From Fimicolochytrium jonesii (Eukaryota): 64,000 nucleotides of DNA. The notes under the pieces are model-generated. The model was not told the DNA's origin and ran no database searches. It saw only the letters and a list, made by a program, of their open reading frames with translations. The translations under genes and the position numbers were made by a program. Positions within the stretch are counted from its first letter, which is position 1; every line of letters begins with the position of its first letter. Of this stretch, positions 50,051-60,775 are shown piece after piece. The stretch lies in the NCBI RefSeq assembly GCF_025526975.1, contig NW_026515696.1, positions 124,001 to 188,000 on the forward strand, written 5' to 3'.

Positions 50051-50788
50051 ACCGCAATTGCCTGAAGTTGCTGATGCCAGGTTGGACGAAAAAGCGGCGA
50101 CCGTGTGGCGCAGCTGCCGTCGGAATAAGATGACGCCGTCGAAATAGCGATTCCCTAAATAAACCTTTGCTGGTGGGCATGTGCCGTCAATTACACTGCG
50201 TCACGCTGTCAAGAAAAAGGCCCAATGTCAAGGTGCTTTTTGCGTGCTGACTGGAAGAGCGGAAATAGTGGCCCTAGAACTTTAGATCACAAGCTGCATA
50301 CAGTACTACAGTATATAGCGCCGGGAAGATGCCATACATGAACGCAATCCAAGGTGCCGCTCAGAACGAGTGAGGATATCATATGGAGAACCAGAATCCG
50401 CTCCGGTGGATGTAGCGGTAGCGTCTCCTCAATGAACTCTATTTGGCTTATCAAGTGTTCCGGGCCTAACCCGCGGTGTTGTTATAACTTGTGGGCTCTT
50501 GGTGTTGCGGCCAAGACGCCAACCGGATATCGCCCGCATATTGGACGCCGTGGCCAGCTGCCGCCAGAACAGAAACGCAGGAACGATTCGAAGGAACACA
50601 AGACTCAGCACCTTCCCGCTGGACACCGTCGTAGAACAGAACATAGTAGATAGCATAGCCGCCGGTCGGTCTTCCTCTCGTCGCCGCCCATCACTATTTA
50701 TACGCCGCTTGGCAGTCAAGGTCGGAGGAACACTTCCACTCTCCCTTCAGGAACTCTCATTCCAATAGACGGAATCAGCGCTCAGGTC

Positions 50789-51993
50789 ATGTCGGCACCC
50801 GCACTTGACCTGCCTCCCCACTGGGTCGCTCAGTGGGACCCCACGTACGAGAGGAACTTCTATGTTGGTGAGTAGGAAGCACAATAGCATTCACTGAACA
50901 CTCTCGCATACTTGATGCTAATCGCCTGACTTTCGTAGACACACAGACAGGCCATTCCCAGTGGGAACCGCCAGTCATGCCCACAACGACCACCACCGTC
51001 CAGTCTCAGTGGGAAGGGCCAGTCCTGCCCACGACGACGAGCACTGTGCAGAGCCTCCCCCGCGGCCGGGCCCCAACCTCCTCCGGCAAGCAGCCCGCCA
51101 CCCACAACGACGACGACGTAACCGACCCGTTCGCCGACGAAAACAGCCCTAACGAAAACGACCACTCCGTCGAGCCCTACGAACTCCCCGCCTCCTCCTC
51201 CTCCTCCGAGGACCCCGCCTCCTTCCTCGCAGCAACCGAGATCGTCTCAGAAGACGAAGTCCTCGCCCGCAAACTCGCTCAAGAGGAAGAAGACGCCGCC
51301 TTTGCCCGCCGCCTACAAAGTGAAGAAGACACCCGTGTCGCCGCCCGCACCGCCGAGCATCAGTGGAGACAGCAACAACACCATCTCGCACAACGGAAGG
51401 GATACCCCATGGGCATGCGCCCGAACTACGCTCCTGGCGGCTATCCTACGCTCCAGCCCGTTCCACCTGCGCCCCAAATCCCCGGCCACCAGGTGCTCTA
51501 CTACGTGCCTGTCTACGCACCGCAGCGGCCGCACCCATCATTCATGCACCCCACCGGTAACGGCTCACCCTTTAATGGCGTGGGTGCGATCTATGCCCAG
51601 GATCAAGCCCTCACGGACGCACGCAATTCGATGGACACTCCTGCCCCGCTAAAGAAGAAGAAGACGTGGTTGGGCAAAGTCTTTAGGAAAAACAGTAGAA
51701 ACGAAGACCATACCAATTCCCTGACACCAATGCAGCAGGGATACCATCAATCAACACCCAACCTTCTCATCAACACCGACGTCCCTGACACTCAACGCTT
51801 CAACAATCATGGAGCACCGTCTCCCGTCGCCTCGGCATCACCCACTTCCCTTGGAACCCCGCCTATCTCACCGCTTGCGTCCCCGCTGCCTAACCACGCC
51901 TCGTCGGGTTACTTGCCCCCGCTATTGCCGTCGAATGTGCCGTTGATCCCGACGCCGGTGGAGCATGGCGCGGCGGGGACGGCCAGGGCGTAA
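50789..51993 (+). CDS. WW-domain protein with DxxLARxL (ubiquitin-binding-like) repeats and Pro-rich tail; intron ~50868-50938
   Basis: LPPHWVAQWDPTYERNFYV|DTQTGHSQWEPP; DEVLARKLAQEEEDAAFARRLQSEE; 3' end uncertain (GTAAGT at ~51990). Confidence 0.75.
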
Positions 51994-53409
51994 GTGGGAT
52001 GCCGGTGGGGGCCGGAATGCGGAGAGCGATGGTGGCCCGAATGCGGCAATACTCCGTCGGGTTCAAGCGATTGGACGGACAGCAGTATCGGAGCCTATGG
52101 GTGAACGACATTTTCCTGGCGTAGTCTCACGGCGTACGGCTCATAGACAATCATCTTTGTTACCCCGACATCCCTTCCTCACCGCGTAAACTACCCCTAT
52201 CGTAGGGACCCGCTCGTTTCAATTGCACCGACTGTACTGTTCCCGACCCCTAGCATACTGACACTGCCACATCATATCTGTAGCCCAGACGCTTTCCATC
52301 ACATATTGAAACGCAAAGGGCAGCCTGGCGCTGCTTCCTTCCGTCGTATGTTTTTCTGTTGCTATATACATCGCATTGAATCTGTATCTAGATCTCTCAT
52401 TCGCACCGCTCTATCTATGCGGGGATACCTCGGTGAGCTGTTGAAGCGCACTCATGCTCCGCACCTACTCTCTTTGGTCATTGGCACCTTCGTTCGGGAC
52501 AAGTTGCGGGACCTCCCCTTTTCCACCTTTGCTTTGAAAAGGAATACCTGGCTTGAACGCATCTCCACATCTCACGCGTTATGAATGCGTCGGACTCGTA
52601 AGTCCTGCCGAATTCTCCACTCACCTCGTCTTTCCCGACGGCGATCAATCCAATCCCAGGAATGGAGCGTAGCAGCCCTTTCTTCAGGTTTACTATGAAT
52701 GCCATCGGCGATGCAAATCGGCCAATAGATGAAACTCAAGGGACCGCCGTTGGGTCTCTAGGTTCAGGTTTTGCCAACTCGCTGCTCTGGATTTGATGAT
52801 CCTTCCATGATCAAACCGAAACTGCATAATGCCCTCAGTCACGCGAATGGCATGGATGCAACTGTCGCAGACGATGCAAGTCCTGCGATCTATGCTATAT
52901 GGTACAGGAGTTTCATTCTGGCTTTAGCATGGATCGTATCCCTGCTCATGCACATGGCCCAGTTTCCCCCCTCCCTGCGTCGACCGTGCTGAGTGGAGGG
53001 GAGGAAACTACCATGAACAGCCACAGCCAGGCACATTGACGCTGGGTAATGCCTATGAGACACCTTCTCACCAACATACCACCGATCCCCTTTCTCGAGG
53101 CTTGTTGTCCCGCATCTCAGCCCTTTGGTGTAAGTTGGGAGTGTGTCCGAGGTACCCAACGAGGTGGGCGTTTGAAGGGTGACAGAGCAGAGTGTTCGCC
53201 ACGCACAACACAACTGTGGGTTGATATGCATGAATATCATACAATAAGGTGGACATGGATATTAATGCCTACATACTAGTACGTGCCCTGATTCCCGACG
53301 CCACTCCGACTCTCTCCCTTCCTGCAGTAATGACTACGGAACGAAGACAATACGTTCCATTTTCAACCTCCCCTCGGATTACGCCCATGTATCCCCCAAC
53401 AAACTCGTT

Positions 53410-54300
53410 TCACCTCACGACTACGGATTCCTGCAGCTTTCCATGCCCCGCTCCCATTCCGTTCGGCCCTGCTTTTGTTGATCTAACCCTGCAGTCTTCA
53501 TCACAGGTCACCGAGGAGATGGTTGCGATGCGAGCTTGGGTACTTCCTGAACCTCTCCGCCTCTTCGTAGACCTCACTCTCTTCCCCGTAAAACCAGCGA
53601 GCGGAATGCGCAATGTAACCAACCGCCCGGCGTGTAGTCTTCCTGGTTTGAATCGCAATCTGAAACAGGTCGTAGAAGGTGCGGTGGTAAAGCTTCGAGC
53701 CCTCTTCTAATTCGTCGTAAAGTGCGATGATACGCTTGCCGACGAGTAGACCTTGCGGAACTTGCGAATGCGATCCGAGGACACCTAAGCTCTCGTCCAG
53801 CTCCTGGTGCTCTTGTATCTTCCGCTCGAGGTTCCTATCGTCGCCGGTGCAGACATCGCAGGTGCAGTTCGAAATCGAACGCCCTGGAGAGAATTTGTCG
53901 CCTGTTTCTGAACTTGCGCACATCCCCTTTTCCCTTGTAGCTGAGTGTGATTTTTTCATCCAGCTTGATCGTTCGCGAAGCCACCAAGATCTTTACTGTG
54001 TGGTTGTGGAGAAAGTGATGATCACTGTTCCACGAACAGGGGTGGGTAACGCGAGCCATGTTGATGAACAGCCCCTCCAGTAGGGATATCGGCATCTTTC
54101 ACACGCCATTCCATTTTGTCTGAACTTTTCCGAGAGAGATCCGTTGGCGGGCAGCAACGCATCAACAGCCCTTGCAACATCTTCATCCATCCCCTCGGCC
54201 GGATGCAGCATAGTGGGTCTCTCAACCATACTCTTCCCATCCTTCCCGCAACGCAAAGACACCAAGCCGATCCTCTGATCTCCCAGTCATGTCCGATCTC
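53410..54300 (-). pseudogene. SET-domain (SMYD/Set5-like) methyltransferase pseudogene fragment
   Basis: GLFINMARVTHPCSWNS..LVASRTIKLDEKITLSY..RRQILSRAFDF, then CTCDVC in another frame; NHSC altered to THPC; frameshifts. Confidence 0.7.
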
Positions 54301-55201
54301 CCTCGACTTGCAGCATCAGTGTTACGGCCTCAGCAGCATCAGGTAGAGGCGAAGAGGCGGTGAAGAAACGCGCAGGACATTCCTAGTCATCCCCGCATGC
54401 GTCGCCTCGGTTATGTCACGCCCAGCGGCGCTGTCGTATTGCTGTCAATCCTGTCAACTGCAAAAACGTAGGCGTAGAACGGCCCGCCGCTATCGTAGCT
54501 CAAGCGTATCTTTCCCTCTTACGGCCTTGTCCGCCTTGGCTTCGTCTACCGTCACGCTCTACGCCCGATGACATCCCAACACATTGTCCCCTCCCATCAC
54601 GCGACGAACGGCCCAGAAGGCTATCCGACATACGCTAAACTCAATCGACCAGACCGCAATCCCCTCGCCCTGGCGCACGCTGTGTGTCGAACACAGCCCC
54701 GCGCACACACCCTCAAAGACCTTTACGGTGCATGCCGCTGGCTGAGCAGCTCGGGAACTTTGTTTGGCAGGTAAACCGTTGCAGGCATCAATCACCGCAG
54801 GGCAGATCAGGAAGCCCAAGGGACCGTAAAGGCCAAGGCCCAATGCTGGCCGTAAATAAACATGGACAAACATTTACGATTGATGGGCGCGGGACCTTTC
54901 AGTGGTGGTGTGAGGAGACGGTAAGGGCGTTTCCTGGAGGTTTTTGGAGGCGTGGCGTGCGGTGCGGCATGCAGGCGTTGGTTTACATATGGGAGGGCTT
55001 TCATGATTCAGGATGGCATGGAGGGTAAAGCCGGATGCGTAGCCTTGCCCGCCGAGTATAAAACCCCAGCCCCTGCTGTCCTGGTCTTGCCTCATCTCAA
55101 CCCTATCCGGCACATCAATAGCGAAACGCTCAATACGTAAAAAGTGCTATAACTCATAACCCCATACCGGAAAACCCTCACATCCACCCTTCAGAAGAAC
55201 C

Positions 55202-56361
55202 ATGCACACCCTCCTCCTCATCCTCGGCCTCGCGGCCACCGCCGGCATGGTCAATGCCGCCCCCGTGACACCTCCCGTGCAGAATCAGAACTTGCCCAAT
55301 GCGAATGACGTTTACTTCAGCAGGTGCGTTGTTCTTTCGCACTCAATAGTCTGCACATGTATCTTTAGACCCTTGTCTCATCTGGATATATATAGCGTCA
55401 ACTACGCTGGCTCGGGATGCCCAATCTCCCCACCCTCAGCGGTGGTCACCTTTGCACCGGACAAGACCTCGTTCACGGTCTTGTTTGACCAGTTTGTTGC
55501 GCGGACTGGGCCCGGTAAGTCCTACACTCTCCTTCTCTCGAGCGATCCCCCTCCCCGTTTTCTGACTATGTCGCCTCCCACTTCGACGGACTCTGGATCG
55601 CTACGCTTCTCTACTAGGCGTATCGTACTCGGAACAACGCAAAAACTGCCAACTCACAATCTCCGTGCACGTCCCCGGCGGCTGGCAGTACTCGATCGCA
55701 TCCGCTGATTTCAGAGGCTATGCGAATCTGGAGGATGGCGTGACCGGACGGCAGCAGAGTATCTATTACTTCCAGGGTGATCAATACACGGTGAGGGGCG
55801 AGAGGGTGGGATGTGACTGTTAAAGTGAGGTGATGCTTATGAGTGTTGATTTCTGGTGATTGCAGACGGTCACACAAGCCTTGATCAAGGGTCCAACGCA
55901 GGATAACTACAGCTTTAGGGACCAGATTGTATGTGTCACTATTCGTTTATGGTCGTCCGTGATGGATTTGGTTACTGATGCTAGGTTCGGGGGTCTAGGT
56001 CTTGACATCGACGTCGTGGTCGCCGTGCGGTGAAGAAAGGCCGCGTGAGTTTCTCCCTTTTCCTCTTCTTGGGCATCACGGTACTGATACAATGTTTTCC
56101 ATGTTTTGCAGTTAACATCAACACAGCGATCCTGGTGAACTCCAGAAAGAAGGGCGCTTCGGGCGAGCTTACGACCGACTCGGTGGATGGGAAGGTAGTG
56201 CAGGAGGTACGTTACGATGGTTTGATAGTTCATTCGTAGATGGGGGGGATATCTCACTCTCTTGGTGTGATTTTTCAATGCAGTATCAATTCCAATGGAA
56301 GAAATGCAGATCGCCGCTTGCAAGCGCTGAGGCGGTGCCTGACCCTGATGCTGGGATTTGA
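55202..56361 (+). CDS. Secreted DUF4360-like protein, multi-exon
   Basis: Signal peptide; VNYAGSGCP; FTVLFDQFVA; RKNCQLTISVHVPGGWQYSIASADFRGYANL; YYFQG; WSPCG; YQFQWKKC. Confidence 0.85.
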
Positions 56362-57060
56362 GCGGCGGCGGGGATGTGAAGTAGATCCACGGTGGTACTC
56401 GCGGATGAGGACGAGTCAAGGGAGGAGATAGGGTTGTTCTTTCGCCTTTTCCTACGCTGGACATTTGTCGTTCCGCTTTCTCTTGTGACGAGAACATTGT
56501 ATGCTTGTGTGTGCTCTCTTGTGCAAATGTATTGTATGTTTTGTGTACGTTTTTTGTTTGTTTCAATGTAAGACAATTGCATCGCAAGCATTTGGCTACC
56601 TGGATGGTGGGTTTGCAAAGGTATAAGGAGGAGGGGGGAAGGGGTGTCGATGCCGTAAGGAGGGAGATGGGTGGGGGGTGAATCCCGCCGGACAAGGAGG
56701 ACTCTGAGAAGGTGTTCTCTCTGCCCTCAACGCGTCCTCTCTGAACACAACGCGCGCGAGGTGTGAGGCCGTCCGCTGCCCCTGCTCTCGTCGTGCTCTC
56801 GTCGTGGAAGCTACTGAGATGACGCCAGGGGTGTCTGTCGAGCACTTGTTACTGTAGGTACGTTGTCAATAGCTCAGCTTGTTCTTGCCCAGCGTTGGCG
56901 GACTGACTGATCCTTGAATCTACTTTTCCTCGAAAACAGGTGGATGTTCGGTGCGTCCTCGTCCTGCGCTCTCGTCCCCGCAGGTGCGTCTTCGCCCAAT
57001 CCTCCGTAGGAAGAGACCCGTGAGAGGCTAGGCCACATCCACACACCGCATGCAGCACTC

Positions 57061-58404
57061 ATGGCAACCCACCCCTCAAACTCCACGACGGCCGCACTGG
57101 TGGTCATCTCCGTCAACGGCAACCACGGCTCCACACACGACTTTGACAACTTCGCCCTTTCGCTGCCCCAGCAAGCCGCCAACGAAACACTTCCGCCAGT
57201 CTTCCACCTGCAGTCAACTACCAGTCAGGGATGGCAGACTCACGACGGCATCGTCATGATGGCCACCCGCGCCGCAAAGGAGGCTGTTACCTGGATGCGC
57301 GAGAATGTACTGCCGAACATGCCAAAGGGGGATGGGGACGTGAGGTGTAAGTTATACCTCTCTGTCGTAGGTCACAGTCTCGGCGGGCTCATTGCACGGT
57401 ACCTGATCAAACTGCTACTGGAGGATGCCTCGCCGACGAACTCGCATACCTCCCTGCTCCATCTTCTACCGTCGGACGATACAAACATCACACTACACCC
57501 ATTGACCTTCATGACAGTCTGCACCCCGCACCTCGGCTCCCGCCGCACGACCCTCAACCACTGGACCGCCCCCTTCTTCCGCTCCATCGTCGCCAACTAC
57601 CTCAAATTCGCCGCAGGAACCACCGGAAAAGAACTTTATATGGTCGACGGCGACCGACTCCCGAACACATCCAATGACGACGAATGGTCCGATGACCCCG
57701 CGGTCCCACTACTCCTTCGCATATCCCACCCACGATCCACGTATGTAGCTGCTCTCAAACGATTTCAAATCGTCCTGATCAGCGCGATACAAAACGACAT
57801 TCCCGTCGGTTACCTTTCTGCCGCCATCACCGCCATCCACCCGTACCCGGACCTGCTCGCACACCCAGAGAACGCAGGAGGGGTGAAGATCGTCGGCGTG
57901 TCGGGCTTTACCGCCACAATACCTGCTCAAAAATGCACGCTTCTGAGCGAATCCGATGCCAGCAGCGATACCCTGCGTGCGTTCTGGATGAAGGAGTTGT
58001 TTACACATACATACTTGGATGATACGCCAATATTGACTCCTCAAACCGTCGAACTCGCACCCTCCGTCTACACCTCTTTCCCCACCGACCAGACGGAAAC
58101 GGAAACGGATTTCCCATCCCTAACCCCCATCGATGCGCGCAAGACCACACTCCTCCTGTACACCCTGCACGCCTCCCTCCCCCCTCTCACGATCCGCCGG
58201 ATGGACCTTGACTTCCGGCTAAGCAACCCGCTGGCGCGGTTGGCGACGCATGCGCTTGCGGTGGGAAAGGCGGAGGGTGGGTGGTTGAATGTGGAGGGGG
58301 GGAGGGTTGCGAGGGTAGTGGGGGAGCTGCTGGCGCGGATTGTTTTGTTGGACTATGTTCGGATGAGGAGGGAGGGAGGGGTGAGGTGTAACGAGGTCGG
58401 GTAG
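57061..58404 (+). CDS. DUF676-like alpha/beta-hydrolase (putative serine esterase/lipase)
   Basis: VNGNHGS; THDGI; SVVGHSLGGLIARY; FMTVCTPHLGSR; TGKELY; NDIPVGYLSA. Confidence 0.85.
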   Translation: MATHPSNSTTAALVVISVNGNHGSTHDFDNFALSLPQQAANETLPPVFHLQSTTSQGWQTHDGIVMMATRAAKEAVTWMRENVLPNMPKGDGDVRCKLYLSVVGHSLGGLIARYLIKLLLEDASPTNSHTSLLHLLPSDDTNITLHPLTFMTVCTPHLGSRRTTLNHWTAPFFRSIVANYLKFAAGTTGKELYMVDGDRLPNTSNDDEWSDDPAVPLLLRISHPRSTYVAALKRFQIVLISAIQNDIPVGYLSAAITAIHPYPDLLAHPENAGGVKIVGVSGFTATIPAQKCTLLSESDASSDTLRAFWMKELFTHTYLDDTPILTPQTVELAPSVYTSFPTDQTETETDFPSLTPIDARKTTLLLYTLHASLPPLTIRRMDLDFRLSNPLARLATHALAVGKAEGGWLNVEGGRVARVVGELLARIVLLDYVRMRREGGVRCNEVG

Positions 58405-59529
58405 AAAGGAGGGACGCTGGAACGATAGGGACACCGGTTGACGACCGCCTAAATGAGTTCTTTACCCCGCCTGCTGGTTGACACCTGCCTACCGCTACAT
58501 CACAATCGAAGGCCACCAGGCCACTCGGACATGTTCCTAATTAAGACTCGACGCGACACCCCAAACTTTATCCATGTACAAAGTGGACAGGAACCCAATC
58601 GACTCGAGATCCCTTCGAGGAGCAATCGATTTTGGCTTGAAATCACCACAGCAGACCACCGGTTATCTTTGGACCTTGAACGAGATGTGGTTGAGGATAG
58701 CGTAGGATATATTCGGTACGTGCGGAACAAGGCTTTCGCTGAGCACTAAAGGGTTGGGCATCTGGGTCGGGCAAATGAAAGCGTATCACCAGCTCGTTCG
58801 TTTCCTCGGCTATTTTCGGCCGACGGGATACTGATTCCACCGAAAACCCGCAAATACGTCGCCGCATCCGGTCTCGCCCTGTTCAACGCCTGGAACCCCG
58901 TACCATTTGGGCTGGAATGGCAAGCGGCCAGGCGGACCCCTCACAGGCGAGGGGTCATCACCATGAACCATCATCACCAATGCGAGGATCGGAGAAACTA
59001 CGGAACCCTCTCTGCCTCCGCTACCACGGCTGTCGATTCCCTCGCTCAAGCGACGGAACCGTCGCCTATCCGGAGCCACGGCATTGTATTGCATGAGCCA
59101 CGGCAAGGTAATGGAGCAGCGTTGATAGCGTAGTCGAAAGCAGCACCTAGAATAATAAAGACCGGCGTCACGGCTATCCTCTATCCCGTAGCTTTACATC
59201 GCATACATCTCTGACGTGATTTTGAACCTTTGATAGAACCCCTTTTCCAGGACGACTTGGCAGCTCAGACTTGTATCTTTCTTGCACCCGTTGATATCAC
59301 CCTTGCGTTTTAGCAGCATGGCTGGGGATGACAGAAGCCAGTCAGGAAACTGACCGAGCAATCAGAAGAAGAATCAGCGCGCTTGGTGGAAATGGCTTAA
59401 CGACATTGCACATTGATGTTCAGTTTCGGACTCCTCGCACTCCCGGCCGCGGCAAACGTTACACCCTTGTCCCAAAAGTCCTCCTTGACTCGTTCGACGA
59501 AGACCCGTACACCGACGACGATTCCAGCG

Positions 59530-60165
59530 ATGGTGAAAACAGTGCGTGGCCCCAAGCCCATGCCTAATGAACGCACGACTTCTGGGCAATCTCCACGTTT
59601 TCCTGTTCCTCCCAAGGGTGCCGCGCTTCACCAGCTTGTCAAGCAGAAGAAGCCCAAGCGCGTTATTACCCAGGTCATTACCAGCGAGTCCAAAGACCAA
59701 TCCCCCAATAGTATCGAAAAGATCTTTGCTGGCCTCAACGACAGCGATGAGAATGGCAGCACCAAGAATGACAGTGACAAGAACGACAACGACCACCAGG
59801 AAGCGCTTCCTGAAGCGCAGCCTTTGCTGTCCAAGCCTGTGAGCACGCCTGCCACAAAGCCCAAGGTCAAGCGCCGCGCTAAGGCTGCTGCCGCTTCCCT
59901 TCGGAAACGTCACAATTCGACTGAGATTCTTCTCCGCAAGTTGCCATTCCAGCGTCTTGTACGTGAGATCACCAAAGACGCTTATGAGGAACCCTACCGC
60001 TTTCAGAATGCTGCGATGGGAGCTCTGCAGGAGGCGACGGAGATCTACCTTATCGCATTAATGGAGGACACCAACCTGGCTGCACTTCACGCAAAGCGTG
60101 TCACAATCAAGCCAGTGGACATGGTTCATGTTCGCACCATCAGGAATGAACTTCCACGCGGTTAG
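59530..60165 (+). CDS. Divergent histone H3-like protein with long non-canonical N-terminal tail (211 aa from ATG 59530)
   Basis: [69 protein letters not shown] aligns to the H3 histone fold; intact and intronless. Confidence 0.9.
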   Translation: MVKTVRGPKPMPNERTTSGQSPRFPVPPKGAALHQLVKQKKPKRVITQVITSESKDQSPNSIEKIFAGLNDSDENGSTKNDSDKNDNDHQEALPEAQPLLSKPVSTPATKPKVKRRAKAAAASLRKRHNSTEILLRKLPFQRLVREITKDAYEEPYRFQNAAMGALQEATEIYLIALMEDTNLAALHAKRVTIKPVDMVHVRTIRNELPRG

Positions 60166-60359
60166 AAGGGGTAAAAAGTGCTCGGACTTTGTACTTGTAC
60201 TGTACTAGGGCTGGTGCCCGCTGCTACCGCCGCTTGGCAATCTTGGGGTTGAAGAGGTTCTAGTCCTTGTTAAGGATACTTTTTTTTCCTCGGGTCTCCG
60301 TACTGGCGGTGTCGGTGATATAGATCGAGACAGCATATTCGACCCATTTTTATCGTAAT

Positions 60360-60775
60360 ATATCTAGGATATCCTTGAGATGTCCAGGATTTCCTTCAAG
60401 CTCTTGAGGAGCATACGGTATTTCGTTAAGTGCGAGGCGACAGACCGTGTCTTTCTCAAACTTGTTCCGTCGCCAAGCCTTATGAAATCACTTAGAGGTC
60501 ATCTCTATGACTTGAGGATTGCGAAGAGCGTTGGCTTGAGCGAACCAAGATGATGGACGAGGTTTATCGACTTTTTCCTGTAGAATTTGCATAGGAGGAG
60601 TATTCAAAGGTCTCAGAATCTGAACGGGTCTTCTGAAGTGAGGATCTTTCTTCTGTAGATCGAAGTAAGGGCGGTCGTGTTTTGGGATGTATTTGACATC
60701 TTCCCAATGTCTTGAAGTTCTTTCACATTTGATAGTGACAGAGACCGGTAGAGTTGGTATAGCACCGTAATTGGC
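60360..60775 (-). mobile_element. Fragment of a family A-related Ty3 (PR-RT linker region)
   Basis: Clear nucleotide similarity to ~41341-41745, e.g. GGATATCCTTGAGATGTCC and GCGAGGCGACAGACCGTGTC. Confidence 0.85.

Noticed and set aside
59413..60165. Firm call as CenH3/CENP-A or canonical H3
   Set aside because: Long tail and longer loop 1 suggest CenH3, but Q68/F84/T107 are retained; the canonical tail is absent; a phylogeny is needed
53410..60165. Functional chromatin cluster of SET gene, H3-like gene and chromodomain elements
   Set aside because: The SET copy is a broken pseudogene separated from the H3-like gene by two unrelated genes; proximity alone is not evidence
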